A stretch of DNA of 64,000 nucleotides from positions 288,001 through 352,000 of the forward strand of contig JASGJN010000020.1 in NCBI GenBank assembly GCA_049840735.1. The letters run 5' to 3'. The stretch's first letter is position 1, and each line of letters opens with the position of its first letter. The stretch comes from Anaeromyxobacter sp. Its GTDB lineage: Bacteria; Myxococcota; Myxococcia; Myxococcales; Anaeromyxobacteraceae. Both the position numbers and the translations under genes were made by a program. The notes under the pieces are model-generated. The model did not search any database and was not told the origin of the DNA. It saw only the letters and a program-made list of their open reading frames with translations. Shown in pieces: positions 42,664 to 54,495 of this stretch.

Positions 42664-42853
42664 CGGCCCCGGGCCCCCTGGCAGGCTCCGGTCAGCCTGA
42701 GCGTAGGGGCCGCCCCGCGGCGGCCCCGGGCCCCCTGGCAGGCTCCGGTCAGCCTGAGCGTAGGGGCCGCCCCGCGGCGGCCCCGGGCCTCCTGGCAGGC
42801 TCCGGTCAGCCTGAGCGGAGGGCCCGCGGCCAGCGGGCCCGCAGTCGAAGGCC
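42664..42853. repeat. 57-bp tandem repeat (about 3 units) built from the REP-like element, ending in a complete copy
   Basis: Units start at 42664, 42721 and 42778; the last ends CCTGAGCGGAG-hairpin-GCAGTCGAAGGCC. Confidence 0.92.
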
Positions 42854-42865
42854 GGGATCCAGCGC

Positions 42866-43524
42866 TCACGGCGCAGGCGCCGCGTCCCCCTCGCTCCCCT
42901 GCTGCCGGAGCGTCAGCTCCGCCTCCGCCAGCGTGAGCGCCTTCCCCGCCAGCGGCCCGCCGCCCGGCTGCTGCAGCCGCCCGCCCGTGCGCAGGAGGCC
43001 CGTGTCCAGCGGCGCGTAGCCGATCTCCACCACCAGCCGCGCCACCACCGCCTTGGCCTCGGCGTCGTCGCCGGCCAGCGCCAGGATGACCCGCTCGTGC
43101 AGCGGGCGATCCGGCTGCCCGCGCCGCCCCAGCTCTGCGGCCGGGAGCGTGTTGAACGCCTTCACGAGGCGTGCCTGGGGCACCGCCCGCGCCACCTCCT
43201 CGCTGGAGCTGGAGCCGCCCAGGTCGTAGAAGCCCATGTCCGGCCGGTAGTGGTTGGTGGCGTCGATGACGATCTTGCCCGCCAGCTGCTGTGCCGGCAG
43301 GTCCCCCCGGCTGCGCCACGGGATGGCGATCAGCACCACCTCGCCGAAGACCGCCGCCTCGTCGATGGTGGCCGCCCGCGCCCCCGGCCCCAGCGCCGCC
43401 ACCTGCTCCCGCAGCGTCTCCGGCGGCCCCGCGTGGCTGAGCGCCACCTCGTGCCCGGCCCGCGCGAAGAGCGTCGCGGCCGTCCCGCCGAATCTGGCCC
43501 GAATCCGAGGATCCCGATGCGCAT
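42866..43524 (-). CDS. NADP oxidoreductase, F420-dependent/NAD(P)-binding family; two apparent frameshifts at the 5' end
   Basis: Corrected start MRIGILGSGQIGGT; GKIVIDATN, LVKAFNTL, LAGDDAEAK. Confidence 0.85.
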
Positions 43525-43683
43525 GACCACCTCCGCCGCGCCATCAGCGGCGCGCAGGGGGTAAGTCACCGGAACGGGCGGCGCTGGCAACGCCCGCCCG
43601 GGCCCTGCGCCGAGGGGTGCGACCGGCCCGGGAGGGGCACGTAGGGACACCTCGCGAGGCCGCCACATCGCGCGGTGAACCTT

Positions 43684-43798
43684 GCCCTTCGACTCCGCCG
43701 CGGCGGGGCCGCGGCTACGCTCAGGGCGAACGGCACCTCCGCGGCCGCTCGGCCTGAGCGTAGGGCCCGCCTCCAGGGCGGGCCCGCAGTCGAAGGCC
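43684..43798. repeat. Inverted doublet of the REP-like element
   Basis: GCCCTTCGACTCCG-hairpin-CTACGCTCAGGGCGAACGG followed by the reverse-orientation copy. Confidence 0.9.
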
Positions 43799-43876
43799 AG
43801 GCGTCAACCGGAGCGACGACGCCCCGAGGCCTGGGCCCCGGGGCGTCCGCACTTCCAGCGTTGCTGCGCTACCACC

Positions 43877-45757
43877 TCACCACCCGCACTTCTCCCCCTT
43901 GTTCTGCTGCTGCAGCCAGGCGCGCAGCGGGGCGAAGTACTCCAGCATCGGGCCGGCGTCGGCCTGCCCGCGGCCGGTGATGGCCTTGTAGGCCTCCGGC
44001 CAGGGCTTCGAGGCGCCCATGGCCAGCATGTCGTCCAGCTTCTTGCCGGCCTCCTTCGAGCCGTACACCGAGCACTCGTGGAGCGGGCCCTTCCAGCCGG
44101 CCGCGTCGCACATGGCCTTGTAGAACTCGAACTGGTAGATGGCCGCCAGGAAGTAGCGGGTGTAGGGCACGTTCGCGGGGATGTGGTACTTGGCGCCCGG
44201 GTCGAAGTCCTGCTCGGTGCGCGCCACCGGCGACGCCACGCCCTGGTACCTGGTCCGCAGCGTCCACCAGTCGGCCTCGTAGCGGTCGGGCGGGGTCTTG
44301 CCGCTGAACACGTCCCAGCGCCACTGGTCGATGAGCTTGCCGAAGGGCAGGAACGAGACCTTGGCCAGCGCCCGCTTCATCTGGACGTTGAGCAGCCCCT
44401 TGTCGTCCTTCGGCACGCTCTTGATGAGGCCGAGCTGCTTCAGGTAGCCGGGCGTGATGGAGAGCGCGATGGCGTCGCCGATGGCCTCGTGGAAGCCGTC
44501 GTTGGCGCCGTTCTGGAACAGCACCGGCAGCTGCACGTACGCGCGCTGGTAGTAGTTGTGGCCGAGCTCGTGGTGGATGGTGACCAGGTCCTCCTCGGTC
44601 GGCCGGATGCACATCTTGATGCGCAGGTCGGCGCTGTAGGTCACGTCCCAGGCGCTGGCGTGGCAGACCACGTCGCGGTCGCGCGGCTTGGTGAACTGCG
44701 ACCGCTCCCAGAACGAGGCCGGCAGCGGCTCGAAGCCCAGCGAGCTGAAGAAGGCCTCGCCGGTCTTGACCATCTTCACCGGGTCGTACTTCTGCGCCAC
44801 CAGCGCGGCGTCCACGTCGAGCGAGGGCTGGCCCTTGTACGGCTCGACCAGCGGGTAGAGGTTCTCCCAGCTCTGCGCCCACATGTTGCCCAGCAGGTGG
44901 GCGGGGATGGGCTGGCCGTCCGGCACCTTCTCCTTGCCGTAGGTCTGCTGCAGCCGGGACCGGACGTAGCAGTGCAGCTCCTCGTAGAACGGCTTCACCT
45001 GCTGCCAGAGCCGCTCGGTGTCGGCCTCGAAGGCGTCGGGCGGCATGTCGTAGCCGGCGCGCCAGAGCTGCCCCAGGTCGGCGTAGCCGATCTCGCGGGC
45101 GCCGGCGTTGGCCAGCTCCACCTCGCGCTTGTAGAGCGGCCGCATCTCGCGGGCGATGGCGTGCCAGCCGGTCCAGGCGTCGAGGTTTGTCTGGTAGTCA
45201 CGGCTCTTGGCCATGACCTCCTCGAGGTCCTGCAGGTCGCGGCAGGTGGCCTTCCTGGTCTTGCCCAGCGGGCCGCAGTACTTGCCCTTGCCATAGAGCC
45301 CCTCCAGCTTGGCCGCCAGCTGCGCCAGCTCGGCGCGCTGGGCCGGGTCGCTCGGCGCCGGCAGCGCCGAGGCGACGCGGAGCAGGTAGAGGGCGCGGGC
45401 GGTGTCGGTGTCGGTGGTCAGCGCCTGGAACTTCACCGCCGTGGCGATGGCGCCGGAGAGGTACGCCATCACGTCCTCGTTGAGCGAGGCCGCGTTCCGC
45501 TCGGTGTCGTCGGTGATGTACGTGGACTTGATCCACTCCGCGGTCGAGGAGCGGATCCAGAGCCGCTTGAGCTCCTCGTTGGCCTTCTGCACGAACGCCT
45601 GGGCGTCGGCGGCGGAGGGGCCAGCCGGGGCCGCCGAGGCGGCCGGGGGCGCAGGCCGTGGTGCGGGGGTGGGCGCGGGCGCCTTGGCGGGGGCGGAGGC
45701 GCAGGCGGACGCGGCGCCGGCGAGGCAGAGTGCGAGCAGGACGGTAGGTCGGGTCAT
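43877..45757 (-). CDS. M2-family peptidyl-dipeptidase A (ACE-like), probable lipoprotein
   Basis: PAHLLGNMWAQSW, CHASAWD, HHELGH, GANDGFHEAIGD, FDPGAKYHIP. Confidence 0.95.
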   Translation of the reverse strand: MTRPTVLLALCLAGAASACASAPAKAPAPTPAPRPAPPAASAAPAGPSAADAQAFVQKANEELKRLWIRSSTAEWIKSTYITDDTERNAASLNEDVMAYLSGAIATAVKFQALTTDTDTARALYLLRVASALPAPSDPAQRAELAQLAAKLEGLYGKGKYCGPLGKTRKATCRDLQDLEEVMAKSRDYQTNLDAWTGWHAIAREMRPLYKREVELANAGAREIGYADLGQLWRAGYDMPPDAFEADTERLWQQVKPFYEELHCYVRSRLQQTYGKEKVPDGQPIPAHLLGNMWAQSWENLYPLVEPYKGQPSLDVDAALVAQKYDPVKMVKTGEAFFSSLGFEPLPASFWERSQFTKPRDRDVVCHASAWDVTYSADLRIKMCIRPTEEDLVTIHHELGHNYYQRAYVQLPVLFQNGANDGFHEAIGDAIALSITPGYLKQLGLIKSVPKDDKGLLNVQMKRALAKVSFLPFGKLIDQWRWDVFSGKTPPDRYEADWWTLRTRYQGVASPVARTEQDFDPGAKYHIPANVPYTRYFLAAIYQFEFYKAMCDAAGWKGPLHECSVYGSKEAGKKLDDMLAMGASKPWPEAYKAITGRGQADAGPMLEYFAPLRAWLQQQNKGEKCGW

Positions 45758-45874
45758 GGCCGCGAAATCCTAGGCTGGAGAGGGACAGCGCGCCACAGGG
45801 TGGACGCGCTCCAGCCAGGAGACGGGAGGCCTGCCGACGTGACATCGGACCGGGCGCGGCGCGCCCGATCCAGC

Positions 45875-46111
45875 TCAGTGCTGCTGACCGCCGCCGCGCC
45901 GATCGTTCGCGAAGTTGCCGGCGAACTCGCGGGGCTCCTCCTGGACGCGGAAGAGCGGGCACTTCTCGCAGGACCAGCTGTCCCAGTCCAGCTTCACCGC
46001 CACGTCCAGGCAGGCGTCGTAGTGGAAGCAGTACAGGTTGCGGTGGCCGGAGACGGTGGCCTCGGAGCGGATCAGCGTCGCGAGGGGCGTGGGATTGGGC
46101 TGGGTGTGCAC
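45875..46111 (-). CDS. Small Cys-rich hypothetical protein
   Basis: HRNLYCFHYDACLD...WSCEKCP; typical codon usage. Confidence 0.7.
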   Translation of the reverse strand: MHTQPNPTPLATLIRSEATVSGHRNLYCFHYDACLDVAVKLDWDSWSCEKCPLFRVQEEPREFAGNFANDRRGGGQQH

Positions 46112-46389
46112 CTGTCGACTCCCGGATGGCGGCTCGGCTCAGGAACAGGCGAACGGTTCGGGCATTCCCCGCGTGCGCTGCGTCTCGGCCACCGAAGCTC
46201 TGTTATGGTCGATCGGAGAGGTAGGCCCCCTCCGGGCCCCGCCGATCGTGCGCGTAAACGTTTTCGCCAGTATAACGCGCGCACCCCTGCCTCGCCCAGC
46301 CAGCCCGGCCGGGGCGGGGTGAGCAGCCGCAACAGCCCGGAGTCGCAGCGCTTCCTGGGGACAGCGGCAATGGACCGCACGGAGCCGAG

Positions 46390-46821
46390 ATGAGCCAGCC
46401 CGGATGCACCGCCTGTGAACTCCTGGCCGGCAGCAGGACTGTCCCGGGCGGGTTGCTTCTGCGGACGCAGGGGTTCGCGCTTCACGTGCTGTCGGATCCG
46501 TCTCCGCTGCCCGGCTGGCTGGTGCTGACCAGCGAGCGCCACGCCCGCGCCTGGTACGACCTGACGCCGGACGAGGCGGCCGCGCTGGGCACGCTGGCCC
46601 GGCAGGTGATGGCGGCGCAGCGGCGGGCGCTGGGGGCGGAGCACGCCTACGCCTTCGCCATCGGCGACGTGCTGGAGCACTGCCATCTGCACCTCGTCCC
46701 GCGGTACGCGGGCACGCCCGACCGGCTGCGGGGTCGGCGCTGCTTCGAGGGCCGGACGGAGGACATGCGGCCGGAGGCGGAGCTGGTCGAGGCGGCCCGG
46801 CGGGTGGTCGCGGCGCTCTGA
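46390..46821 (+). CDS. HIT-family hydrolase
   Basis: N-terminal CTAC and histidine triad HCHLHLVPR. Confidence 0.88.
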   Translation: MSQPGCTACELLAGSRTVPGGLLLRTQGFALHVLSDPSPLPGWLVLTSERHARAWYDLTPDEAAALGTLARQVMAAQRRALGAEHAYAFAIGDVLEHCHLHLVPRYAGTPDRLRGRRCFEGRTEDMRPEAELVEAARRVVAAL

Positions 46822-46842
46822 GCCGGCGTGCGGTCTGGCCCT

Positions 46843-46918
46843 GCCCTTCGACTCCGCGGCGCTGCGCGCCGCTACGCTCAGGGCGAACGGTCCGCTCGGG
46901 GTTCGACAGGCTCACCCC
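46843..46918. repeat. REP-like element plus minimal variant
   Basis: Full copy at 46843-46890; GGGG-TTCGACAGGCTCA-CCCC at 46898-46918. Confidence 0.85.
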
Positions 46919-46972
46919 GGGCGGAGGAGCGCGCACGGGCGCGGGCGCTCGCTCACCCGCGGAGCCGAGGGG

Positions 46973-47797
46973 TCACCCGCGCGGCGGCAGCAGCGGCGCC
47001 AGCCCGTCGCGGAAGCTGGGGAAGGCCAGCGTCAGCCCGAGCGCCTGGCGCGAGCGGCCGGCCAGGATGCGCCGGTCCGGCCCGGGCGGCGCGGGCGCCG
47101 TGCCCTGCGGCGGCGGGATGCCGAGCTGCCCGGCGATCCAGGTCACCACCTCGCGACGGCGCGGCGGCTCGGCGTCGGAGGCGTGGTAGACCGCGCCCGG
47201 CGCCCCGCGCTCGAGCGCCGCCAGCACCGCGGCCGCCGCGTCGGCCAGGTGGCAGAAGTTCATCCAGGCGCCGTCGCCGGGCCCCAGGGCCAGCCGGCCG
47301 CTGCGCACCCGCTCCAGCACCCCGGCCCTCCCTGGGCCGTACAGGCCGGAGAGGCGCACCACCACCCCACCCTGCCCGCGCACCAGCGCCTCCGCCTCCA
47401 CCAGCACCTGCGCGCTGCCGCTGGCCGGCGCGGGCGGCGTCTCCTCGTCCACGTCCGAGCCGTCGCGCTGCCCGAACACCCCGGTGGACCCTGTGTAGAC
47501 CACCCGCGCGCCGGTCCGGCCCGCCGCCTCGAGCACCGCCCGGCTGGCCTCCACGTAGGCGGCGCGGTACGCCTCCGGCCCGTCGGACCCGGCCGCCTGG
47601 CAGGCCACCACCCGGTCCACCGCCGGCAGCCTGCCCGCCGCGCCGGGCGACGACAGGTCGAGGAACAGCGGCTCCACGCCGGCGGGCAGCGCCCTCGCCG
47701 GGTCGCGGCGCACCGCGATCACGCGGTGGCCGCCGGACACCAGCCGCCGCGCGATCTCGGATCCCAGCCAGCCGCAGCCCGCCACCAGCACGCGCAC
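46973..47797 (-). CDS. NAD-dependent epimerase/atypical SDR (YeeZ-like)
   Basis: VLVAGCGWLG, YTGSTGVFG, RLSGLYGPGR, FPSFRDGL. Confidence 0.88.
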   Translation of the reverse strand: MRVLVAGCGWLGSEIARRLVSGGHRVIAVRRDPARALPAGVEPLFLDLSSPGAAGRLPAVDRVVACQAAGSDGPEAYRAAYVEASRAVLEAAGRTGARVVYTGSTGVFGQRDGSDVDEETPPAPASGSAQVLVEAEALVRGQGGVVVRLSGLYGPGRAGVLERVRSGRLALGPGDGAWMNFCHLADAAAAVLAALERGAPGAVYHASDAEPPRRREVVTWIAGQLGIPPPQGTAPAPPGPDRRILAGRSRQALGLTLAFPSFRDGLAPLLPPRG

Positions 47798-47908
47798 CGT
47801 GTACCCACCTTTCGCCCGCCCGCGCCTCCTCGGGGACCCCGGCGCGCGGACGCCGCTCGGCATTATGACCCGGCCGCGGCGGGCCCGCCGCGCACCCCGG
47901 GGGCGTCC

Positions 47909-48739
47909 ATGACCGCGCAGCGCAGGATCGACTCGACCGTCCGCCTCTCCAGCGGCGTGGAGATGCCCGCGCTCGGCCTGGGCGTGTGGCAGGTGGGCGG
48001 CGCCGAGTGCCGCGCCGCGGTGCGCGCGGCGCTCGAGACCGGCTACCGGCTCGTCGACACGGCCCGCGTCTACGGCAACGAGGGCGAGGTCGGCGCGGCC
48101 CTGCGCGAGAGCGGCGTGCCGCGCCAGCAGGTCTTCGTCACCACCAAGCTCTGGAACACCGACCACGGCCATGACGCCGCGCTGCGCGCCTGCGACGCCA
48201 GCCTGCGCCGGCTGCAGCTCACGCAGGTGGACCTGTACCTGGTCCACTGGCCGGTGGAGAAGCTGCGGGGCGACACCTGGCGCGCCATGGAGCGGATCCT
48301 GGCCGACGGGAAGGCGCGCGCCATCGGCGTCTCCAACTACACGGTCCGTCACCTGGACGAGCTGCTGGCGAGCTGCAGGACGCCCCCGGCGGTCAACCAG
48401 GTGGAGTTCAGCCCGTTCCTCCACCAGCGCGCGCTGCTCGAGCACTGCCGCCGGCACGGGATCCAGCTCGAGGCCTACGGGCCGCTGGTGCGGGCGCAGA
48501 AGCTGGACGACCCGACCCTCCAGCGCGTGGCGCGCAAGCACGGCCGGACGCCGGCGCAGGTGCTGGTGCGCTGGGGGCTGGAGCACGACCTGGTGGTCAT
48601 CCCCAAGTCCGCCCACCCCGAGCGCATCCGCGAGAACGCCGACGTGTTCGGCTTCGCGCTGGACGGGGAGGACCTGGCGGCGCTGGACGCGCTGGACCAG
48701 GGATACCGGACCAGCTGGGATCCCAGCGACGCGCCTTGA
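47909..48739 (+). CDS. Aldo/keto reductase
   Basis: GYRLVDTARVYGNE, FVTTKLWN, DLYLVHWP, IGVSNY, IPKS. Confidence 0.95.
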   Translation: MTAQRRIDSTVRLSSGVEMPALGLGVWQVGGAECRAAVRAALETGYRLVDTARVYGNEGEVGAALRESGVPRQQVFVTTKLWNTDHGHDAALRACDASLRRLQLTQVDLYLVHWPVEKLRGDTWRAMERILADGKARAIGVSNYTVRHLDELLASCRTPPAVNQVEFSPFLHQRALLEHCRRHGIQLEAYGPLVRAQKLDDPTLQRVARKHGRTPAQVLVRWGLEHDLVVIPKSAHPERIRENADVFGFALDGEDLAALDALDQGYRTSWDPSDAP

Positions 48740-48756
48740 TGCGCCGCGGGCGTCCC

Positions 48757-48925
48757 CCGTTCATCCTTCGACTCCGCCACCCGGCTCGCGCCGGGTGGCT
48801 ACGCTCAGGACGAACGGATTTCCGGTGTTCGGACGAACGGAGTTCCAGGATTGTGTCAGCGAACGCGTTCCAGGACCGTTCGGCCTGAGCGTAGCGCCCG
48901 CGCCGCGGGCGCGGAGTCGAAGGCC
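48757..48925. repeat. Inverted doublet of the REP-like element
   Basis: Copies at 48757-48817 and 48876-48925 between convergent genes. Confidence 0.9.
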
Positions 48926-48933
48926 AGGGAGTA

Positions 48934-50574
<1,641 letters not shown>

Positions 50575-50640
50575 GGGTGGATACTACTGACACGGCTCGC
50601 GCCCTTGTCACGTCCTTAACCGGGCAGGCAAAATGTCACG

Positions 50641-51456
50641 ATGACGCTCGTCATGCCCCTCCTGGCCGTGCTCCTGGTCGCGGCCCCCGGCCCGGCCGCG
50701 CCCCCGTCCGCATGGGATGTGCTCGAGCCAGGGCTGGAGCTGGCCCTCTTCGATGGTCCTCCGGGCGGGGCGGGGGGCGACGGCAAGATCGCGGTGATCC
50801 GCATCGACCCCGCCCGCTTCGAGCTCCGGCTGCTCAACGCCTCCGCGCCGGGCCAGGGGCAGGCCCTCTCCGCCCGGCGCTGGGCGGACAAGGGCGGCGC
50901 CGCGGCGGTGATCAACGCCTCGATGTACCAGCAGGACTACCGGACCAGCGTCTCGCTGATGAAGAGCCGGGACCACGTCAACCAGCGCCGCGTCTCCAAG
51001 GACCAGACCGTGCTGGCCTTCGATCCGGTCGAGCGGGGCCTCCCGCCGGTGCACCTCATCGATCGCGAGTGCGAGCCGCTGGACCAGGCCTCCCAGGGCT
51101 ACGGCGCGGCGGTGCAGTCGATCCGGCTGGTCTCCTGCCAGCGCAAGAACGTCTGGGCCCCCTCCCCGCGCCGCACCTCGGTGGCCGCGGTGGGCGTGGA
51201 CGGGCACGGCCGCGTGCTCTTCATCCACGCCCGGACCGCCTGGCCGGTGCACGACGTGGTCAACGCCCTGCTCGCGCTGCCCATCGACCTGGCGCGCGCC
51301 ATGTACGTCGAGGGCGGACCGGAGGCGCAGCTCTTCGCCCGCAGCGGCGGGCGCGAGGTGGAGCGGCTGGGCGCGTTCGAGGCCTCGCCCGACGCCCAGA
51401 ACCGCGATCCCTGGCCGGTGCCCAACGTGCTGGCGGCGGTGCGAAGGGCCCGCTGA
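50641..51456 (+). CDS. Exported phosphodiester glycosidase (NAGPA-like) family protein
   Basis: Signal peptide, RIDP, INAS, AVGVD..GRVLF, MYVEGG, VPNVL. Confidence 0.65.
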   Translation: MTLVMPLLAVLLVAAPGPAAPPSAWDVLEPGLELALFDGPPGGAGGDGKIAVIRIDPARFELRLLNASAPGQGQALSARRWADKGGAAAVINASMYQQDYRTSVSLMKSRDHVNQRRVSKDQTVLAFDPVERGLPPVHLIDRECEPLDQASQGYGAAVQSIRLVSCQRKNVWAPSPRRTSVAAVGVDGHGRVLFIHARTAWPVHDVVNALLALPIDLARAMYVEGGPEAQLFARSGGREVERLGAFEASPDAQNRDPWPVPNVLAAVRRAR

Positions 51457-51549
51457 GGCGGAGCCGGATCCGTCGACACCGCGACACGCCTGTCGCCCAT
51501 CCGCCACACTGCCAGGCGGACGGGCCCTGTGTTTCCAGCCACTTGCCCG

Positions 51550-51565
51550 CGGCACGGCGCGTGCT
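51550..51565 (+). promoter_or_regulatory. sigma54 promoter upstream of the DUF116-like gene
   Basis: CGGCACGGCGCGTGCT, GG-N10-GC, about 27 nt before ATG 51593. Confidence 0.6.
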
Positions 51566-51592
51566 TTGACACACCCCGGGCGCACCCGCGGC

Positions 51593-52795
51593 ATGACGCC
51601 GGCGCCCGGGAGCCTCACCGTGGACGCCTCGCCCTACCGCCTCTCCCCGCCCGGCGCCGAGCCCGGCGCCTTCGCCCGCGACCTGCAGGCCCTGGCCGAC
51701 GGCGTCCTGGCCGCCGCCGCGCCCCTCGCGCCCACGCTCGAGCTGGTCGACCAGGCCGCCCCACCGCTCGAGCGCCTCACGGCGGAGGAGCGGGTGGTCG
51801 AGGCGCTGACGCTGGGCGTGCTGTGGCGCGCACATGGCCACCGGGTCCACCGCCCGGCGAGGCTCGGGGCGCGCGTGCTCCGCGTGCTGCGCCGCCGCCC
51901 CGCCCACCGGGCCCCGCGCGCCGAGCCCGGCGCCGAGGAGCTCTCCGCCCTGCTCTCCTGGCTCCTCTCCACCGGCGAGTACGGCGAGGAGGTCCGCCGC
52001 CTGGAGCGCTGGGAGCTGGCGCTGGGCGGCGACCCCGGCCTGGCCGGCGCGGTGCTGGGCGAGGTGCTGGCCTTCACCGCCTGGTTCGAGGAGGCGGCCG
52101 CCGCTGCGCTGGGGGCCACCACCGCCGGCGTGGAGCCCTTCCGCCGCGGACGCCTGCCGCTGGTCGCGGCCGAGGACCAGGTCCAGTGCGGCCGCACCCG
52201 CGCCGAGTACCACCTCTCGATGGTCGCCGCCGCGCTGCTCAACCGCGCCTGGCGGGCCGGCTTCGTGACCGCGCGGCGCCGCGTGGTGCTGGCCCCGTCC
52301 TGCCTGCGGCTCCTGCCCGAGGGGCGCTGCCAGGCGGTGCGCGTCGGCCCGCGGCTCGTCTGCCAGGAGTGCACCCCGGCCTGCGCCCTGGCCGAGGTGG
52401 CGGCCGTGGCCGAGGCGGCCGGGGCCGAGCTCATCACGGTGGAGCACGGCTCGGACCTGGACCCGGTCCTGGCCCGCCTGCCCCGCGACGGCGGCACCGG
52501 CGTGGTCGGGCTGGCCTGCGTGCCCAGCCTGCTCTCCGGCGGGTTCAAGGTCCGCGCCGCCGGCCTCGCGCCGCAGTGCGTGCTGCTGGAGGCCTCCGGC
52601 TGCGGGCGCTGGCTGGCCGGGCCGCAGCCCACCTCGCTCGACCTGGGCGCGCTGGCCCGCGTGCTCGACGTGCGCGCCGAGGCCGCCCGGGCTAGCGCGC
52701 GTAGCGCAGCCGCTGCTCTTCCCGGTACGGGTAGATGTCCACGATCTCCCCTGCCCGCAGCCGCTCCTGGATGTCCCGCCACCAGCGGCCGGTGA
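51593..52795 (+). CDS. DUF116-like Cys-rich protein (3' end uncertain)
   Basis: LAPSCLR...C...CQECTPAC...GVVGLACV...GC pattern. Confidence 0.7.
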   Translation: MTPAPGSLTVDASPYRLSPPGAEPGAFARDLQALADGVLAAAAPLAPTLELVDQAAPPLERLTAEERVVEALTLGVLWRAHGHRVHRPARLGARVLRVLRRRPAHRAPRAEPGAEELSALLSWLLSTGEYGEEVRRLERWELALGGDPGLAGAVLGEVLAFTAWFEEAAAAALGATTAGVEPFRRGRLPLVAAEDQVQCGRTRAEYHLSMVAAALLNRAWRAGFVTARRRVVLAPSCLRLLPEGRCQAVRVGPRLVCQECTPACALAEVAAVAEAAGAELITVEHGSDLDPVLARLPRDGGTGVVGLACVPSLLSGGFKVRAAGLAPQCVLLEASGCGRWLAGPQPTSLDLGALARVLDVRAEAARASARSAAAALPGTGRCPRSPLPAAAPGCPATSGR

Positions 52796-54414
52796 GCAGC
52801 TCGCCGTGGGCCTGCAGGAACACCTCCCGCAGCCGCCCGCGCAGCCCCAGGAACGGCAGCAGCTCCTCGGGGAAGACGTCGTGCACGCCCACGTAGAACC
52901 AGGGCTCCGCCCCGCCCCCTCGTCGTCCTCGCGCGCGGTGGGCAGGTCGCGGAAGCTCACGTCGGTCACCCGCGCCAGCTCGTCGTAGTCGTAGAAGATG
53001 ACGCGGCCGTGGCGGGTCACGCCGAAGTTCTTGGTGAGCAGGTCGCCGGGGAAGGTGTTGGTGGCGGCCAGGTCGCGCAGGGACTGGCCGAAGTCGAGCA
53101 CCGCGCGGCGGGCGGTCCACTCGTCCTGCTCGCGCACGAAGAGGTTGAGCGGCGTGACGCGGCGCTCCAGGTAGAGGTGGTCGATGGCCACGACCTCCTC
53201 TCCCACCCGCACCGTCCCGGCGCAGCCGTCGGCCAGCTCGGCCAGCACCTCGGGTGAGAAGCGTGAGCGCGGGAAGGCCAGGTGCTCGAAGTCGTGGGCG
53301 TCCACCAGCCGGCCGGCGCGGTCGTGGCGGAAGACGTGGCGGTACTTGTCCATCACCTCGCGCCGGGTGGTCTCCTTGGGCGGCGCGAAGCGGTCGCGGA
53401 TCACCTTGAAGACCACGTCCAGCCCGGGCAGGGTGAAGACGCTCATCACCAGGCCGCGGTCGCCGCGGGCCGGGACGAACCGGTCGCTGCTGGCCTCCAG
53501 GTGGCGGACGATTCCACGGTACAGCTCGGACTTGCCGTGCTTGTTGAAGCCGATGGCGGTGTACAGCTCGCTCAGCCGCTTGAGCGGCATGAGGCTGGAG
53601 AGGAAGGCCACCAGGTCGCGCGGGCGCTCCACCTCCACGTGGAAGTAGCTGCGCGTGAAGGTAAAGACGATTCGAGACGTCCTCCTCGGTGAAGAGGATG
53701 GCGTCGAGCACCACGCCGCGCTCGCCCTGCGCCAGCGCCAGCACCAGCGGCGTGGTGTAGCGCCCCCGGCGCAGCCGGCCCACCAGGTAGGCCCCCTTGC
53801 CCCGGAAGAAGACCGGGCTGGCCATCTCCACCGCGTCCACGGGCTGCGCGTCCGGCAGCTCGCGCAGGTGCGCGTCCAGCTCCACCGCCGCCAGCGTCAC
53901 GTCGCGCTCGAGGTCCTCGAAGGGCACGGCGAAGGCGTAGGCGCGCAGCACGCGCGAGAGGAGCGCGCCGGTGGTCAGCTCGCGCTCGAAGCGCTGGTAC
54001 ACCAGCGCGCCCTCGCGCGGCGCGGGCACGTCGGCGGCCAGGAACTCGATGCCAGGGTCCACGCCCACCGTGGCGAAGACGCGGCGGGTGACCGAGTTGA
54101 AGAAGGAGCGGCCGATCTCCACGTCCGGGCGGCGCTCCACCGAGGCCTCGTACCGCTCCTTCATGGCCTGCCAGGTCCCGCGATTGCGCGCCGCGCCGCC
54201 CAGCTCGGCCCGGACCACGCCGGTGCACTCCTGGATGAGCACGTCGCGCAGGTCCAGCCGGGCCCGCGCGTCGCGCTGGGCCTCCTGCCAGTCGCGCGCC
54301 TCGAAGCGCGCGCGGGCGCGGGCGGTGATGCGCGCCCGCTCCAGCATGTAGGCCTCGAACCCGGCCCGGATCGCCCTCTGCCCCGGCCGCAGCCAGGGCC
54401 CAACGCTCGGACAT
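52692..54414 (-). CDS. aceK: Isocitrate dehydrogenase kinase/phosphatase; three apparent frameshifts
   Basis: FFNSVTRR, FFRGKGAYLVG, IGFNKHGKSELYR, HDRAGRLVD, FPGDLLTKNFGVTRHGRVIFYDYDE, DVFPEE; breaks near 54375, 53671 and 52910. Confidence 0.93.
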
Positions 54415-54495
54415 GGCCTGATGTTCTAACGGCGCGCGGCCGGACGCGAGCGCCGGCCCGGGGGCCCCGTGCGGAGCCTGCCGCGGCGGGGCCGC

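Noticed and set aside
42664..42853. Possible CRISPR array
   Set aside because: Units repeat end to end with no unique spacers, and there are no cas genes
52692..52795. About 100-nt convergent overlap of the DUF116-like gene and aceK
   Set aside because: The tail is low-complexity and a TAG at 52693-52695 lies one base out of frame, so an indel is more likely
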